64,000 bases of DNA. It comes from a virus (Duplodnaviria; Caudoviricetes). The stretch is from IMG/VR virus record IMGVR_UViG_3300027833_000011; one strand, written 5' to 3'. Of this stretch, positions 1 through 9,533 are shown piece after piece. The position numbers were made by a program, and so were the translations under genes. Within the stretch, counting starts at the first letter, position 1. Each line of letters begins with the position of its first letter. Under the pieces are notes generated by a model. The model was not told the DNA's origin. It made no database searches and was given only the letters and a program-made list of their open reading frames with translations.

Positions 1-297
1 ATTAGTTTGTCCCTTACCCGCCTCATCACCATCTGATAGTGCGTTAGGGTGTGAAGAACCGTAAGAATTGGCTCCGTTATATTCGTTACTATTAACTAAT
101 GTTTGTCTTGTTAGTATATCAGTCGAACTACCTGTTGTATTAGTTAACCCTTTACCTGCTTCATCACCATCTGATAATGCGTTAGGGTGGGTAGAACTAT
201 ATTCATCACTCTCAGTACCATCGTAGGTGTTTGAGGTCATCAAAGCAGTTCTTTGTTGATTTGCGATTTCTGTTAGTTTTTCGTTTGCGTTTGACAT
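1..297 (-). CDS. Hypothetical repeat protein, partial (runs off the left edge; not in the ORF track)
   Basis: Manual translation from ATG at 297 is open for 99 codons (MSNANEKLTEIANQQRTALMTSNTY...). It contains HPNALSDGDEAGKG twice, and TATTTAT lies on the coding strand at 310-316. Confidence 0.8.
   Translation of the reverse strand, partial: MSNANEKLTEIANQQRTALMTSNTYDGTESDEYSSTHPNALSDGDEAGKGLTNTTGSSTDILTRQTLVNSNEYNGANSYGSSHPNALSDGDEAGKGQTN
10..189 (-). repeat. Intragenic direct repeat: 42-nt core at 10-51 and 148-189 (138-nt period)
   Basis: Both copies encode HPNALSDGDEAGKG and differ only at synonymous sites. Confidence 0.9.
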
Positions 298-316
298 ATT
301 CTTTTTATTATAAATA

Positions 317-754
317 TTACTTAATTAGTTTATGGTATTTTTTAATACTTTCAGATAACCTGCTCACATCCACAGAAGGGACTTGACCATTCTTTTCATG
401 TGACTTTCTATAAGCATTACTCTTACCCGGAGTTAAATCAGCCGCTCTTTGTGCCGATTTTTTCTGTTGTTCAATTTCTTTCCTAGCGTTATCTAATGTA
501 GTATTAACCCACTTATACATAACCTCACCACCATTAAGGTTAAACGAGTCAGGATTTTCTTCTTGGTTTATATTTTTAAAGTCGTATTTTAATCTCTTAA
601 GTTGTTGATACGTCATAACCCTTTCTTCGACCAATCTACGTAAACGTTTCATTCCCTCACCTTTAACGTGACCCATTTTCTTTAAAGTCTCGTTTAAGTG
701 TTTAACAATGTTGTTCGGTATTTGAAATTCTTTGTTATGTAATTTACGATTCAT
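317..754 (-). CDS. Hypothetical protein (145 aa)
   Basis: Full ORF, co-oriented and tightly packed with its neighbours; no recognisable family. Confidence 0.8.
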   Translation of the reverse strand: MNRKLHNKEFQIPNNIVKHLNETLKKMGHVKGEGMKRLRRLVEERVMTYQQLKRLKYDFKNINQEENPDSFNLNGGEVMYKWVNTTLDNARKEIEQQKKSAQRAADLTPGKSNAYRKSHEKNGQVPSVDVSRLSESIKKYHKLIK

Positions 755-756
755 TA

Positions 757-1485
757 CTACTTAAGTTTGTTAATAATATATTTTTTATCTTCGTCAGATA
801 AATCTATTAAAAATTTTAATTTTCTATCTAATATTGGATTTGGTTCAGATTCAACATCATCTTCCTCCTCTATTGTTGGTTCTAAAATGTCTTTAGGTAA
901 ATCTTTTTTTGATATTACCGAATCAACATATTCTTCAATCTGACCTTTAGTCATCTTTTCGATAAGTCTTACCTTATCTTCTGATGATGGGATATAACCC
1001 ATTTTTTCTAATCTTTCTTTAGCGTCGATTTCTTCGAAGTCTAATTCGTCCATAAAATATTTTAACGCCTCTTCATAAGATGCGTTCTTACCCATTGTTT
1101 CTTCAAATCCTAATGAATCGTCCATTTCTGACTCACCCCAATATCTTCTCATATAATGTCCTTTTTGGAATGGAGGTTGAGAGGTTGCACTTACTTGTGC
1201 ATCAGAGGTCTTTCTAGCGGTAACACTTTTAGCTCTAATATCTTTAGGTATTTTTGATGTCGGGATTGACCCGTCAAAATCTACAATTTCTTCAATATCT
1301 TCTTCAGTTGCCTTTTCAGGTAACTTTTTGAAGTTAGTATCTTTAGCGAATTCATCAGCCATATTACACCATTTCTTCTTTTCTTTTTTTGAAAGTGAAT
1401 CGTCATTACACTTAGCAAAGAAGAATTTTTGTTGTTTTTTTGACTCAAATTTCTCTAATACAATCTGTTTTAATCTTTGGTCCAT
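757..1485 (-). CDS. Hypothetical protein (242 aa), acidic C-terminal half
   Basis: Full ORF preceded by TATTTAT (1504-1510 on the minus strand). Confidence 0.85.
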   Translation of the reverse strand: MDQRLKQIVLEKFESKKQQKFFFAKCNDDSLSKKEKKKWCNMADEFAKDTNFKKLPEKATEEDIEEIVDFDGSIPTSKIPKDIRAKSVTARKTSDAQVSATSQPPFQKGHYMRRYWGESEMDDSLGFEETMGKNASYEEALKYFMDELDFEEIDAKERLEKMGYIPSSEDKVRLIEKMTKGQIEEYVDSVISKKDLPKDILEPTIEEEDDVESEPNPILDRKLKFLIDLSDEDKKYIINKLK

Positions 1486-1541
1486 AGATAAAATTCTTTA
1501 TTTATAAATATCAAACAACTTTAAAGATATTTATTATTATC

Positions 1542-2684
1542 ATGAGTATAACAAATAAATATCAAAATTCAGGTTCTGAACTAGGATTATCCCTTAATAA
1601 AGGGTATTTCTACGATGTTACACCACAAGTAAAAAATATAACAAATATGAATTTATTGTATAGTAATCGTCTTTTTGATGATAAATTAGCGATAGATGTA
1701 AACCCAAACGATAGGGAAATCCTTTACATTAGTGATACAACTATCCCACAATCTATGATGGCAAACTTCGTAGGTAAGGATGGTTTTGATAACAATCTTT
1801 TTTATAGATATCACTTTAAAAAACCAGGAAAACAAGTTTTTCAAAATATAATGTCATGTGGTTGGACATTTGAAACAGTGATGAATTTCGACAATAAAGA
1901 TATGACCGATTTTAGTGTGTTTTATTATTTAGGTGTTGGTTTTGAAAAAGAATTAGTCGACGGAGAATTGGTGGACACATCAAGAAGTTACGAAAAAGAT
2001 TATTTACACAACAATATAGCATTTGGTTTTGATAAGAACAAAAGTATTGTTGTTCGTTCAGCAAGATACACTGAGGAGTGTTATGGTTGTGATGAAGAAG
2101 AAAAGAATTATTCTTCAACCGCATGTGGTGGAGATAGTAGTGTAACAGTTACTTCAGGTAATTTAGTTACGGGCTCTACGTTATACGAACATTCGTTTGA
2201 TAAGGCGATATGTAGTGATGATAATACTAACTTTTTAGTTACGGTTAAATTTGAAAGAGACTCAAGTATCATTAATAACATGTGTACCGAACTGGGAACT
2301 AAGTTTGTAGAGTCAGAATCAGAACGAATTGGTACTTTAAAGGTCTATGTTAATGGGTTACTATATGGTTCAATATATGGTTTTGAAGATATTGTTACTC
2401 GTAGAGCTAGTTTACCTGTTCATGAATTTGTACAGGGTTGGGGATTCTCAGATAATTTCTTCATTAGTGAAGATTATAATATGTTTGGAACGTTTGAGGG
2501 TAAACAACCAAGAGGTAGATTCCACTCAAACCCGTTGTCTTTATCTGAAATAAGACACAATTACAAACAATTAAAGGACTGTTATGATATCGTTGGTTGT
2601 TTTGAGGTTGGATGTGGACCATCGTTCCCAATTAGGGTTTTAGATGAATGTCCTGAAGATAAAAATAACACAACAACACTATAA
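1542..2684 (+). CDS. Probable virion structural protein, possibly LamG/concanavalin-like beta-sandwich
   Basis: 380 aa ORF with TATTTAT at 1528-1534. The segment LKVYVNGLLYGSI and the closing LSLSEIRHNY resemble LamG-like domains; fold call is tentative. Confidence 0.5.
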   Translation: MSITNKYQNSGSELGLSLNKGYFYDVTPQVKNITNMNLLYSNRLFDDKLAIDVNPNDREILYISDTTIPQSMMANFVGKDGFDNNLFYRYHFKKPGKQVFQNIMSCGWTFETVMNFDNKDMTDFSVFYYLGVGFEKELVDGELVDTSRSYEKDYLHNNIAFGFDKNKSIVVRSARYTEECYGCDEEEKNYSSTACGGDSSVTVTSGNLVTGSTLYEHSFDKAICSDDNTNFLVTVKFERDSSIINNMCTELGTKFVESESERIGTLKVYVNGLLYGSIYGFEDIVTRRASLPVHEFVQGWGFSDNFFISEDYNMFGTFEGKQPRGRFHSNPLSLSEIRHNYKQLKDCYDIVGCFEVGCGPSFPIRVLDECPEDKNNTTTL

Positions 2685-2688
2685 TATT

Positions 2689-3033
2689 ATGGAACACTTT
2701 ATAAAACAACACTCACAGGAACCAATTTTATCGGTTACGTTATATAACGACGAAAAATTCTTTAAAGAACCTTTTGGTGATAGAATTGAGAATTCTATTA
2801 TTACTTTTAATATGGTCGATGAAAAAGGGGCTTATAAAATATTAAACGGTGAGTGTGACTTAATTTTTGAAAATGGTGATTACTCCATCATATATCTTTT
2901 TACCAAATCAGACACTAAAAAAATTGGTGAATATAAAGGAGAATTTAAAATACAATTCTTAAACGACACGTACAGAGTCTCTACTGAGACCATACTACCA
3001 ATAAAAGAAGAATTAATCGTTTCGATTATTTGA
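2689..3033 (+). CDS. BppU N-terminal-like Ig-fold virion protein
   Basis: Start moved to MEHFIKQ at 2689 to avoid overlap with the upstream gene. The pattern IIYLFTKSDT..IGEYKGEFKIQF resembles BppU_N-type domains. Confidence 0.55.
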   Translation: MEHFIKQHSQEPILSVTLYNDEKFFKEPFGDRIENSIITFNMVDEKGAYKILNGECDLIFENGDYSIIYLFTKSDTKKIGEYKGEFKIQFLNDTYRVSTETILPIKEELIVSII

Positions 3034-3059
3034 TAATTTACCAGTTTTTCGTATCTTTG
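3029..3059 (+). promoter_or_regulatory. Bacteroidota-type sigma70 promoter of the DNA polymerase gene
   Basis: TTTG (3029-3032), 19-nt spacer, TATCTTTG (3052-3059); exact match to TTTG-N19-21-TAnnTTTG. Confidence 0.75.
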
Positions 3060-3101
3060 TTTTGAATGTCAAAGAGTAATCTCACCATTGTGTGAGAGAT
3101 A

Positions 3102-5972
3102 ATGTCTCAGACGAAAAACAATATTAAAATGGTAACTACAGAACAAATTGAATCCTTTCTACTAGGAGAAGACGACGAAAAATATATTGTCGCATTAGAG
3201 TATGACTACAGAACCGACAAGGTATACAAAGTTATTCAAGACCCTGAGAAGGGCAAACAAATCAAATCAGACACCTTTACTCCATTCGCTTGGGTTGGTG
3301 ACCTTAGAGGTAAGAACTTCTATAATGGGTCAAAAGCACAACAAAAAGATGCGATGACACATAACGGTATTATGATTGAAACTCTTAATACTATGGGTGA
3401 CCCGAGAATGGAATCAGGTCTTAGGTACATCGTAAAATCAACAAAATCTTATTCATCATTAGTAAACTTCTTTAGGAAGGGCGGTTTAGACCCGTGGAGT
3501 CGTGATAATTCAGATTGTATAACAATACTACCACCTGTGGAGATGTATTTAGTACAAAAAGAAAAAAGACTTTTTAAAGGGTTTGAAGAATATGACGAAC
3601 TACACCGTTTTGTTTTCGATATTGAAACAACAGGTCTATCACCTGAAACGAGTAAAATATTCTTAATAGGGATGAAAGATAATAAAGGGTATCATAAATC
3701 TTTATCTGCAGAAAACGAAGAAGAAGAGGCTAAGATTATTGAAGAGTTCTTTGAAGAAATACATAAAATAAAACCAACATTGATTGGTGGGTATAACTCC
3801 GCTTTTTTCGATTTTCCTTTTATATTACGTAGAGCCGAGATATTAGGTTTAGATATTAAAAAGATTGCTCGAACCTTACACCCTGAAAAACCATTACGAC
3901 AAAAAGATTCGATTCTTAAGTTAGCCAATGAAATGGAGGACTTCACACAAACAATGATGTGGGGGTATAATATTATTGATATTGCACATGCGGTACGTAG
4001 GACACAAGCAATTAACTCAGACATTAAGAGTTGGGGTCTTAAGTATATCACACAGTTCATTGGTGCTGAGAAAGAGAATCGTGTATATGTACAAGGGGAT
4101 AAAATTGGTAAAACCTACTTTGATAATGAACAGTTTTACTACAACCCTAAGTCGGGAGGGTTTAAGAAAATAGGTGACCCTGGTACAGAAAACATATTAC
4201 AGAGATTTCCAAACCAATTTGAAATTAAAACAGGTAAGAACATAATTGAAATGTATTTGGATGATGACCTTTATGAGACTATGGTTGTCGATGAAGAGTT
4301 CAATCAAGCAAACTTCTTACTGTCTAAGTTGGTACCAACAACCTACGAAAGATTATCAACAATGGGTACGGCAACATTATGGAAGATGATTATGCAGGCT
4401 TGGTCATATAAAAATGGTTTAGCCATTCCATCGAGAGGTGAGAAAAGACCATTTACGGGAGGTTTATCAAGGTTACTTGCCGTAGGGTATTCAACTGATG
4501 TACTAAAACTCGATTACTCTTCACTTTACCCATCAATACAATTGGTACATGATGTTTTTCCAAAGTGTGACGTAACAGGAGCAATGAAGATGATGTTAAA
4601 GTATTTCCGTGATACTCGTATTAAATATAAGAAATTGGCAGCTGATTTTTATGTAGAAGACCCTAAACTCTCTTCTCAGTATAATCGTAAACAATTACCG
4701 ATTAAGATTTTCATTAACGCCTTTTTCGGTTCATTATCAGCGCCACACGTTTTTCCGTGGGGAGATATGGATATGGGAGAACAAATAACATGTACAGGTA
4801 GACAATACCTTAGACAGATGATTATGTGGTTTATGGAGAGAGAATATAAACCATTAGTAATGGACACAGATGGTGTTAACTTCTCAGTTCCTGAGGGTAG
4901 AGATGAACACACATATGTCGGTAAAGGGTTAAACGGATTGGTTGTTGAAGGTAAAACGTATAGTGGTTCTGAAGCAGATGTTGCTGAGTATAATGACATC
5001 TTTATGAGAGACGAAATGGGGTTAGATACTGACGGACAATGGCCAGCAACAATTAACTTAGCACGTAAGAATTACGCCCTTTTAACCAATACGGGAAAGG
5101 TTAAGTTAACAGGTAATACCATTAAGTCTAAAAAAATGTCCACATATATTGCGGATTTTTTAGATAAAGGTTTAGCATTATTATTAGATGGTAAGGGTCA
5201 TGAATTTTTAGAGTACTATTATGAGTATGTGACTGTTATTTATAATAGACAGATACCTCTTTCTAAAATAGCGAATAAGGCACGTGTTAAACAATCAACC
5301 TCAGATTATAAAATACACATACAAAAGAGAACTAAGTCAGGTTCATTAATGTCTAGACAGGCACATATGGAGTTAATTTTAAAACACGAAATTAAAGTAG
5401 GTTTAGGTGATACAATATATTACGTTAACAATGGAGCACGTAAATCTCACGGTGACGTACAAAAAGTAAAAGATGTCGTAAAACTTAATTGTTATTTTAT
5501 ACCTGAAGATGATATCACAAAACACCCTGATAAGTTAGGAGAGTATAATATACCAAGATATATGGCAGCATTTAATAAACGTATTGAACCTTTGTTAGTT
5601 GTCTTTAATACGGAGATTAGAGATGAGATATTAGTTGATGACCCTAACGACAGACAATACTTCACACGAGGTCAAACAGAGTTGGTTAGAGGTTATCCTC
5701 GTAGAGACGGTGACCAAGACACATTAGATGAGGTATTAACACTATCTGACACAGAACTTAAGTTTTGGAAAGATGTGAATATAGACCCATATTATATGTA
5801 CGTAGACGGTACAATGTCATTGGTTGATAATAAAAGAATTGAACATAACCAATATTTATTAAAAAACTTTGTAGAGGTAGAGAAGAAAGTATCAATAACT
5901 AATAGAGTGATACCACAACCCAAACCTTTTGTTAAACCTAAAACAAATCAACAAACGTTTAAATTTAAATAA
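3102..5972 (+). CDS. DNA polymerase family B (T4 gp43-like) with 3'-5' exonuclease
   Basis: Exo motifs FDIETTG, YNSAFFDFPFI, YLDDDLYET; polymerase motifs LDYSSLYPSI, KIFINAFFG, MDTDG. Start may be ATG 3129 (MVTTEQ). Confidence 0.97.
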   Translation: MSQTKNNIKMVTTEQIESFLLGEDDEKYIVALEYDYRTDKVYKVIQDPEKGKQIKSDTFTPFAWVGDLRGKNFYNGSKAQQKDAMTHNGIMIETLNTMGDPRMESGLRYIVKSTKSYSSLVNFFRKGGLDPWSRDNSDCITILPPVEMYLVQKEKRLFKGFEEYDELHRFVFDIETTGLSPETSKIFLIGMKDNKGYHKSLSAENEEEEAKIIEEFFEEIHKIKPTLIGGYNSAFFDFPFILRRAEILGLDIKKIARTLHPEKPLRQKDSILKLANEMEDFTQTMMWGYNIIDIAHAVRRTQAINSDIKSWGLKYITQFIGAEKENRVYVQGDKIGKTYFDNEQFYYNPKSGGFKKIGDPGTENILQRFPNQFEIKTGKNIIEMYLDDDLYETMVVDEEFNQANFLLSKLVPTTYERLSTMGTATLWKMIMQAWSYKNGLAIPSRGEKRPFTGGLSRLLAVGYSTDVLKLDYSSLYPSIQLVHDVFPKCDVTGAMKMMLKYFRDTRIKYKKLAADFYVEDPKLSSQYNRKQLPIKIFINAFFGSLSAPHVFPWGDMDMGEQITCTGRQYLRQMIMWFMEREYKPLVMDTDGVNFSVPEGRDEHTYVGKGLNGLVVEGKTYSGSEADVAEYNDIFMRDEMGLDTDGQWPATINLARKNYALLTNTGKVKLTGNTIKSKKMSTYIADFLDKGLALLLDGKGHEFLEYYYEYVTVIYNRQIPLSKIANKARVKQSTSDYKIHIQKRTKSGSLMSRQAHMELILKHEIKVGLGDTIYYVNNGARKSHGDVQKVKDVVKLNCYFIPEDDITKHPDKLGEYNIPRYMAAFNKRIEPLLVVFNTEIRDEILVDDPNDRQYFTRGQTELVRGYPRRDGDQDTLDEVLTLSDTELKFWKDVNIDPYYMYVDGTMSLVDNKRIEHNQYLLKNFVEVEKKVSITNRVIPQPKPFVKPKTNQQTFKFK

Positions 5973-5978
5973 AAAAAG

Positions 5979-6006
5979 AAACCCATCAATTACGATGGGT
6001 TTTTTA
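5979..6006. terminator. Bidirectional intrinsic terminator between convergent pol and neck genes
   Basis: Stem ACCCATC-aattac-GATGGGT with an A-tract upstream and a T-tract downstream. Confidence 0.8.
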
Positions 6007-6024
6007 ATTCGATGATACTCTAAA

Positions 6025-7134
6025 TTAAATTGCGTTGAATGGTCCTTGGAATGGTCTGTAAGAAAGAGTCTTATTAAGGTTTTCCGCCTCATTTGCTCTT
6101 CTTTCTAACATCTTATCAGGACGTAATCTTTCTAATCTTGTTTGTAGTTCTTCGATTAGTTTCATTTTTTCGTCTTTACCTTCGGTAAGTAATGAATCAT
6201 ATTCTAAACTTAATTCCGAATCAGGAACTTTTAAGTTTCCACCAAACTTACCTCTAACACGACCTAAAGCTTCTTTACAGGTTGCGATAAAGTATTTTCT
6301 TACCCAGTTTTGACCAGGTTTGTTTAACGTTTCCCATGACATATCCTCTGTTTCAACATCAGAAGGTAATTTAATAACGTCAGGGTTATCTTTCATACAA
6401 GCCTTTCTATCTTCAGTGTCGTAATACCAATACCATACTTTTGATTGGTTTAGCGATTTAGAACCAAAGTCAAACCTACCACCTGGTACGTTTAATAAGT
6501 GAATGAATTTACCACCATCAGGTGCTGCGGTAACTCTATATGTTAAATCACCACCGATAATTCTATTCTTTAAGTTACGGTCTTGCATCCTTAGTAAGAT
6601 GTCAAACGCTGGCATCATAAAGTATGACCCCATAACACCCATTTGTGCGAATCCACCACCACCTCCGATACCTGTACCACCAAAACCACCAAAACCACCC
6701 ATAAACGGGTCGATAAGTGATTCATTAAGTTCAGCTCGGTTAAACCAAAGTAGTTCGTTTAATTCACGTCCTTTTGGTATGTGATACATTTGTTGACCTT
6801 CTTGTAATTCTATAAAATCTTTTTGTAGTACCCAATCTCCTCCTGTTTGTAAACCAACAATCTTAGAGTATGCGTATGTATATTGTGTTTCGTAATCCAT
6901 ACTTCGAGTTGTAAAGGCTCTCGACAATGATTGTTCGTCAACATTTAATCCGTTTAACGATGTCCATTGTGATTCAATTAACCAATCTTGTATGAATTGT
7001 TCATATTCACCTAAAGAAATTTCCAACAAAGAATCCATTTGGTCGTCATCTAATTCGATTGAACGAATAGGTGCTCCCAACAAGTGCATCGTTTGTTTGT
7101 ATAATTTACCTTTGTTTTTTGAATTTATTACCAT
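6025..7134 (-). CDS. Neck / head-completion protein (T4 gp13-like adaptor)
   Basis: N-terminal LLGAPIRSIELDDDQMDSLL resembles the gp13 LGAP..vE.TddQ motif; C-terminal GRVRGKF...SLEYDSLLTEGKDEKMKL also fits; TATTTAT at 7149-7155. Confidence 0.8.
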   Translation of the reverse strand: MVINSKNKGKLYKQTMHLLGAPIRSIELDDDQMDSLLEISLGEYEQFIQDWLIESQWTSLNGLNVDEQSLSRAFTTRSMDYETQYTYAYSKIVGLQTGGDWVLQKDFIELQEGQQMYHIPKGRELNELLWFNRAELNESLIDPFMGGFGGFGGTGIGGGGGFAQMGVMGSYFMMPAFDILLRMQDRNLKNRIIGGDLTYRVTAAPDGGKFIHLLNVPGGRFDFGSKSLNQSKVWYWYYDTEDRKACMKDNPDVIKLPSDVETEDMSWETLNKPGQNWVRKYFIATCKEALGRVRGKFGGNLKVPDSELSLEYDSLLTEGKDEKMKLIEELQTRLERLRPDKMLERRANEAENLNKTLSYRPFQGPFNAI

Positions 7135-7163
7135 TATGTGTTTTTATTATAAATATCTTTGTT

Positions 7164-8006
7164 TTATTTAAACTTAAGTAAGTTCATCATAATACTAAAA
7201 TCTTCATTCAGTTGTGATACTCCTTTTTGAAATAGTATCCCACCCTTTGAGACAAAATACGAACCTTTTAGCGGTTTACATTTTTTAGCGTCGGCAACTA
7301 TATAAGATGACCCCTTAACAAATACAATAAAATTAGTTCTATATTCTTTAGCTTGTCCCACCCCATTAATAAAATGACCATAATCAGATTTTTTAATGAA
7401 TGTGAAAGGTTTTATTTGAATTGTGTGTGTTATTTCATCAGGAGTGTTTTTATAAGTGATAGCGTCTACACCATCAATCATATCGGCACCAACACCAGAC
7501 CCTCCTAATTTTTCAATAGTTAACCCATTAAATAGAGGACAATCCTTAAGTAGTTTAATACTTTCTTCTTCAGTTTTTTCACCTCTAGCCGATGTTTTAC
7601 CAATCGTTGGTAAGACTATTGAATTATAAAGAGCCCCATCTTCAGAAACGATAGAACGATAATTTTTTCTAAAATACTGTATAAAAGACGCGTATATTAA
7701 GTCGGTCGGCTGATTTAGATTAACGCCTGATTCCTGTAGTAACTTACCCATAACAATATAATTTGTGTTAACCCTATTTAATATTGGGTGCCACACACCA
7801 TCATTGGTCCATACCCCTACCTTATAACGACCTTCGTTGTCTTTCTCACCGTACCACATATTAAGAGGTTTATAGACGTGTTCTAAAACTTTATTTAAAA
7901 AGACTCTCCATTCACTATTATATCCTTTACCGAACTCTATCATAAGTGTTTGTGCCACACTAATTGGTGATATACTTTCTGTTATTAACATACTCAAATT
8001 TTTCAT
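7164..8006 (-). CDS. Putative PD-(D/E)xK-fold nuclease
   Basis: GEKTEE...DMIDGVDAI...TIQIKPF gives an E..D..QxK catalytic pattern. Start moved to MKNLSM (8006) because the TATTTAT motif at 8021-8027 lies inside the longer ORF. Confidence 0.5.
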   Translation of the reverse strand: MKNLSMLITESISPISVAQTLMIEFGKGYNSEWRVFLNKVLEHVYKPLNMWYGEKDNEGRYKVGVWTNDGVWHPILNRVNTNYIVMGKLLQESGVNLNQPTDLIYASFIQYFRKNYRSIVSEDGALYNSIVLPTIGKTSARGEKTEEESIKLLKDCPLFNGLTIEKLGGSGVGADMIDGVDAITYKNTPDEITHTIQIKPFTFIKKSDYGHFINGVGQAKEYRTNFIVFVKGSSYIVADAKKCKPLKGSYFVSKGGILFQKGVSQLNEDFSIMMNLLKFK

Positions 8007-8072
8007 ACTATCCTTTTTATATAAATACCGTAAAAACATTAAACCCCATATTTCAAATCACATTAAAATAAG

Positions 8073-8104
8073 TTTGTAGTTATAGAATATTTTACTTATC
8101 TTTG
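8073..8104 (+). promoter_or_regulatory. Bacteroidota-type sigma70 promoter
   Basis: TTTG (8073-8076), 20-nt spacer, TATCTTTG (8097-8104), upstream of ATG 8141. Confidence 0.75.
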
Positions 8105-8140
8105 TAGTATAATAATAAGAACCATAAAAAAATAAATAAT

Positions 8141-8905
8141 ATGTCTACAGTTTACTCTTTCATCAGCGAATACAACGGAAACAACTCTTTCTTAAACTCT
8201 TTAAAGACGGGATACACAAAGTATGGTCGATTAACACCATCACAGTTGTCAGCTGCGGATAGAGTAATCACAAACATTCGTCAAAAAGTTAAATCAATGG
8301 CACCAATCGAAGTTCGTAAGAATATCGAGCAAATTATGGATTACAAAGGGGATAATAAATTCGTATTAGACCTTAAATCTAAGTATGAAAAATACGGAAA
8401 ACTAACCGAGAAACAAATCGATGCCGGTTTAAACGTTGTAAACCGTAAGGTTCAGAACAAAATGGTAAAACCTTTACGTTTACCTAAAGTTGAAACGATT
8501 GTGGTTGGTCAAAGAACGGGTCGTAATATCAAAGAAGAGAAGGGATTAGATTTCTTACCAATCCAAATTGATGTGTCTCACATAATCGGTGTTTCTCGTA
8601 AGGCGGTTCATTTGAGAGGTAAACTATCTACTGTTGTTGGTTCTGTGTGTCGTTGTTGTGGTAGAAAATTAACCGATGAGTTGTCAAAACTTACAGGTAT
8701 GGGTAGAACATGTGCCAAAAACACCAACGTACCATACGTTAAAAACACGGACGACCTTGAGCGTTTTATGGAAGACTTAAAAGTTCGTGTGGATGAAATT
8801 GGAGAATTTGATTTTTGGATTCCTAAATCACAAATTATCGAGTGGAAAGGAATTTACAAAGCAATGGCAAAAACAAGTTTCAGAACTTATGTAGTTACTT
8901 CTTAA
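8141..8905 (+). CDS. Early protein with a duplicated N-terminal module and a DUF6011-like zinc ribbon; paralogous to the SNF2 N-terminus
   Basis: Two copies of YxGxNxFxxxLKxxYxKYGxLTxxQ; CRCCGRKLTDELSKLTGMGRTCA; ends with FWIPKSQII. Confidence 0.7.
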   Translation: MSTVYSFISEYNGNNSFLNSLKTGYTKYGRLTPSQLSAADRVITNIRQKVKSMAPIEVRKNIEQIMDYKGDNKFVLDLKSKYEKYGKLTEKQIDAGLNVVNRKVQNKMVKPLRLPKVETIVVGQRTGRNIKEEKGLDFLPIQIDVSHIIGVSRKAVHLRGKLSTVVGSVCRCCGRKLTDELSKLTGMGRTCAKNTNVPYVKNTDDLERFMEDLKVRVDEIGEFDFWIPKSQIIEWKGIYKAMAKTSFRTYVVTS

Positions 8906-9503
8906 GTTTAATGATAATCTCGTCCCCTTTTCTTTTAATACTAAAGGAATCGGGGGATAGGTTTTTGTAGTAGTCTTCATACATTGAAAACTCATCTGTT
9001 GTTTTACTATTTTTAGATTCTCTTAGGTTTGTATTCTCTTTTTCATATATGTCATCAATAACGACTTCATTAGCTTCATAGTCTCTTAAATCTCTTTCTA
9101 TAAGTTCTAATTCGTGCCATTCTGATTCTTCAATAATCCTTTTTTCTACATCCTCCTCAGAATAACCTTCAAAAGTCCCTTCATAATAATCGGTACCATA
9201 ACCGCTCCACTGAACCGAAGTTGATATATGGTATGTTTTAAGTTTTGGTTCTTTAATAAAGTTTTCGTCATTTATATTGAACGTTGGTGAGAATTGAAAA
9301 CTAGCGATTGCTTTTTCAACTAAATGGTATTCTTGCCATTGAAAACCAAATTGTTTTGCGTATTTTCTAATATCGTTTTTTATTTTATCGGGGCTATCAC
9401 TAAATTTTTGATATTTAGATGATAACACTCTAGAAACAAAAACAAGAAATTGGTCATATTTAACCTCTGTTATTTCTTCCGTAATACGTTTTCTTAAATC
9501 CAT
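8895..9503 (-). CDS. Hypothetical protein (202 aa)
   Basis: Full ORF with TATTTAT at 9523-9529 on the coding strand. Confidence 0.8.
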   Translation of the reverse strand: MDLRKRITEEITEVKYDQFLVFVSRVLSSKYQKFSDSPDKIKNDIRKYAKQFGFQWQEYHLVEKAIASFQFSPTFNINDENFIKEPKLKTYHISTSVQWSGYGTDYYEGTFEGYSEEDVEKRIIEESEWHELELIERDLRDYEANEVVIDDIYEKENTNLRESKNSKTTDEFSMYEDYYKNLSPDSFSIKRKGDEIIIKLKK

Positions 9504-9533
9504 TAGTGTGTGTTGTAAAATAATAAATAGTCT

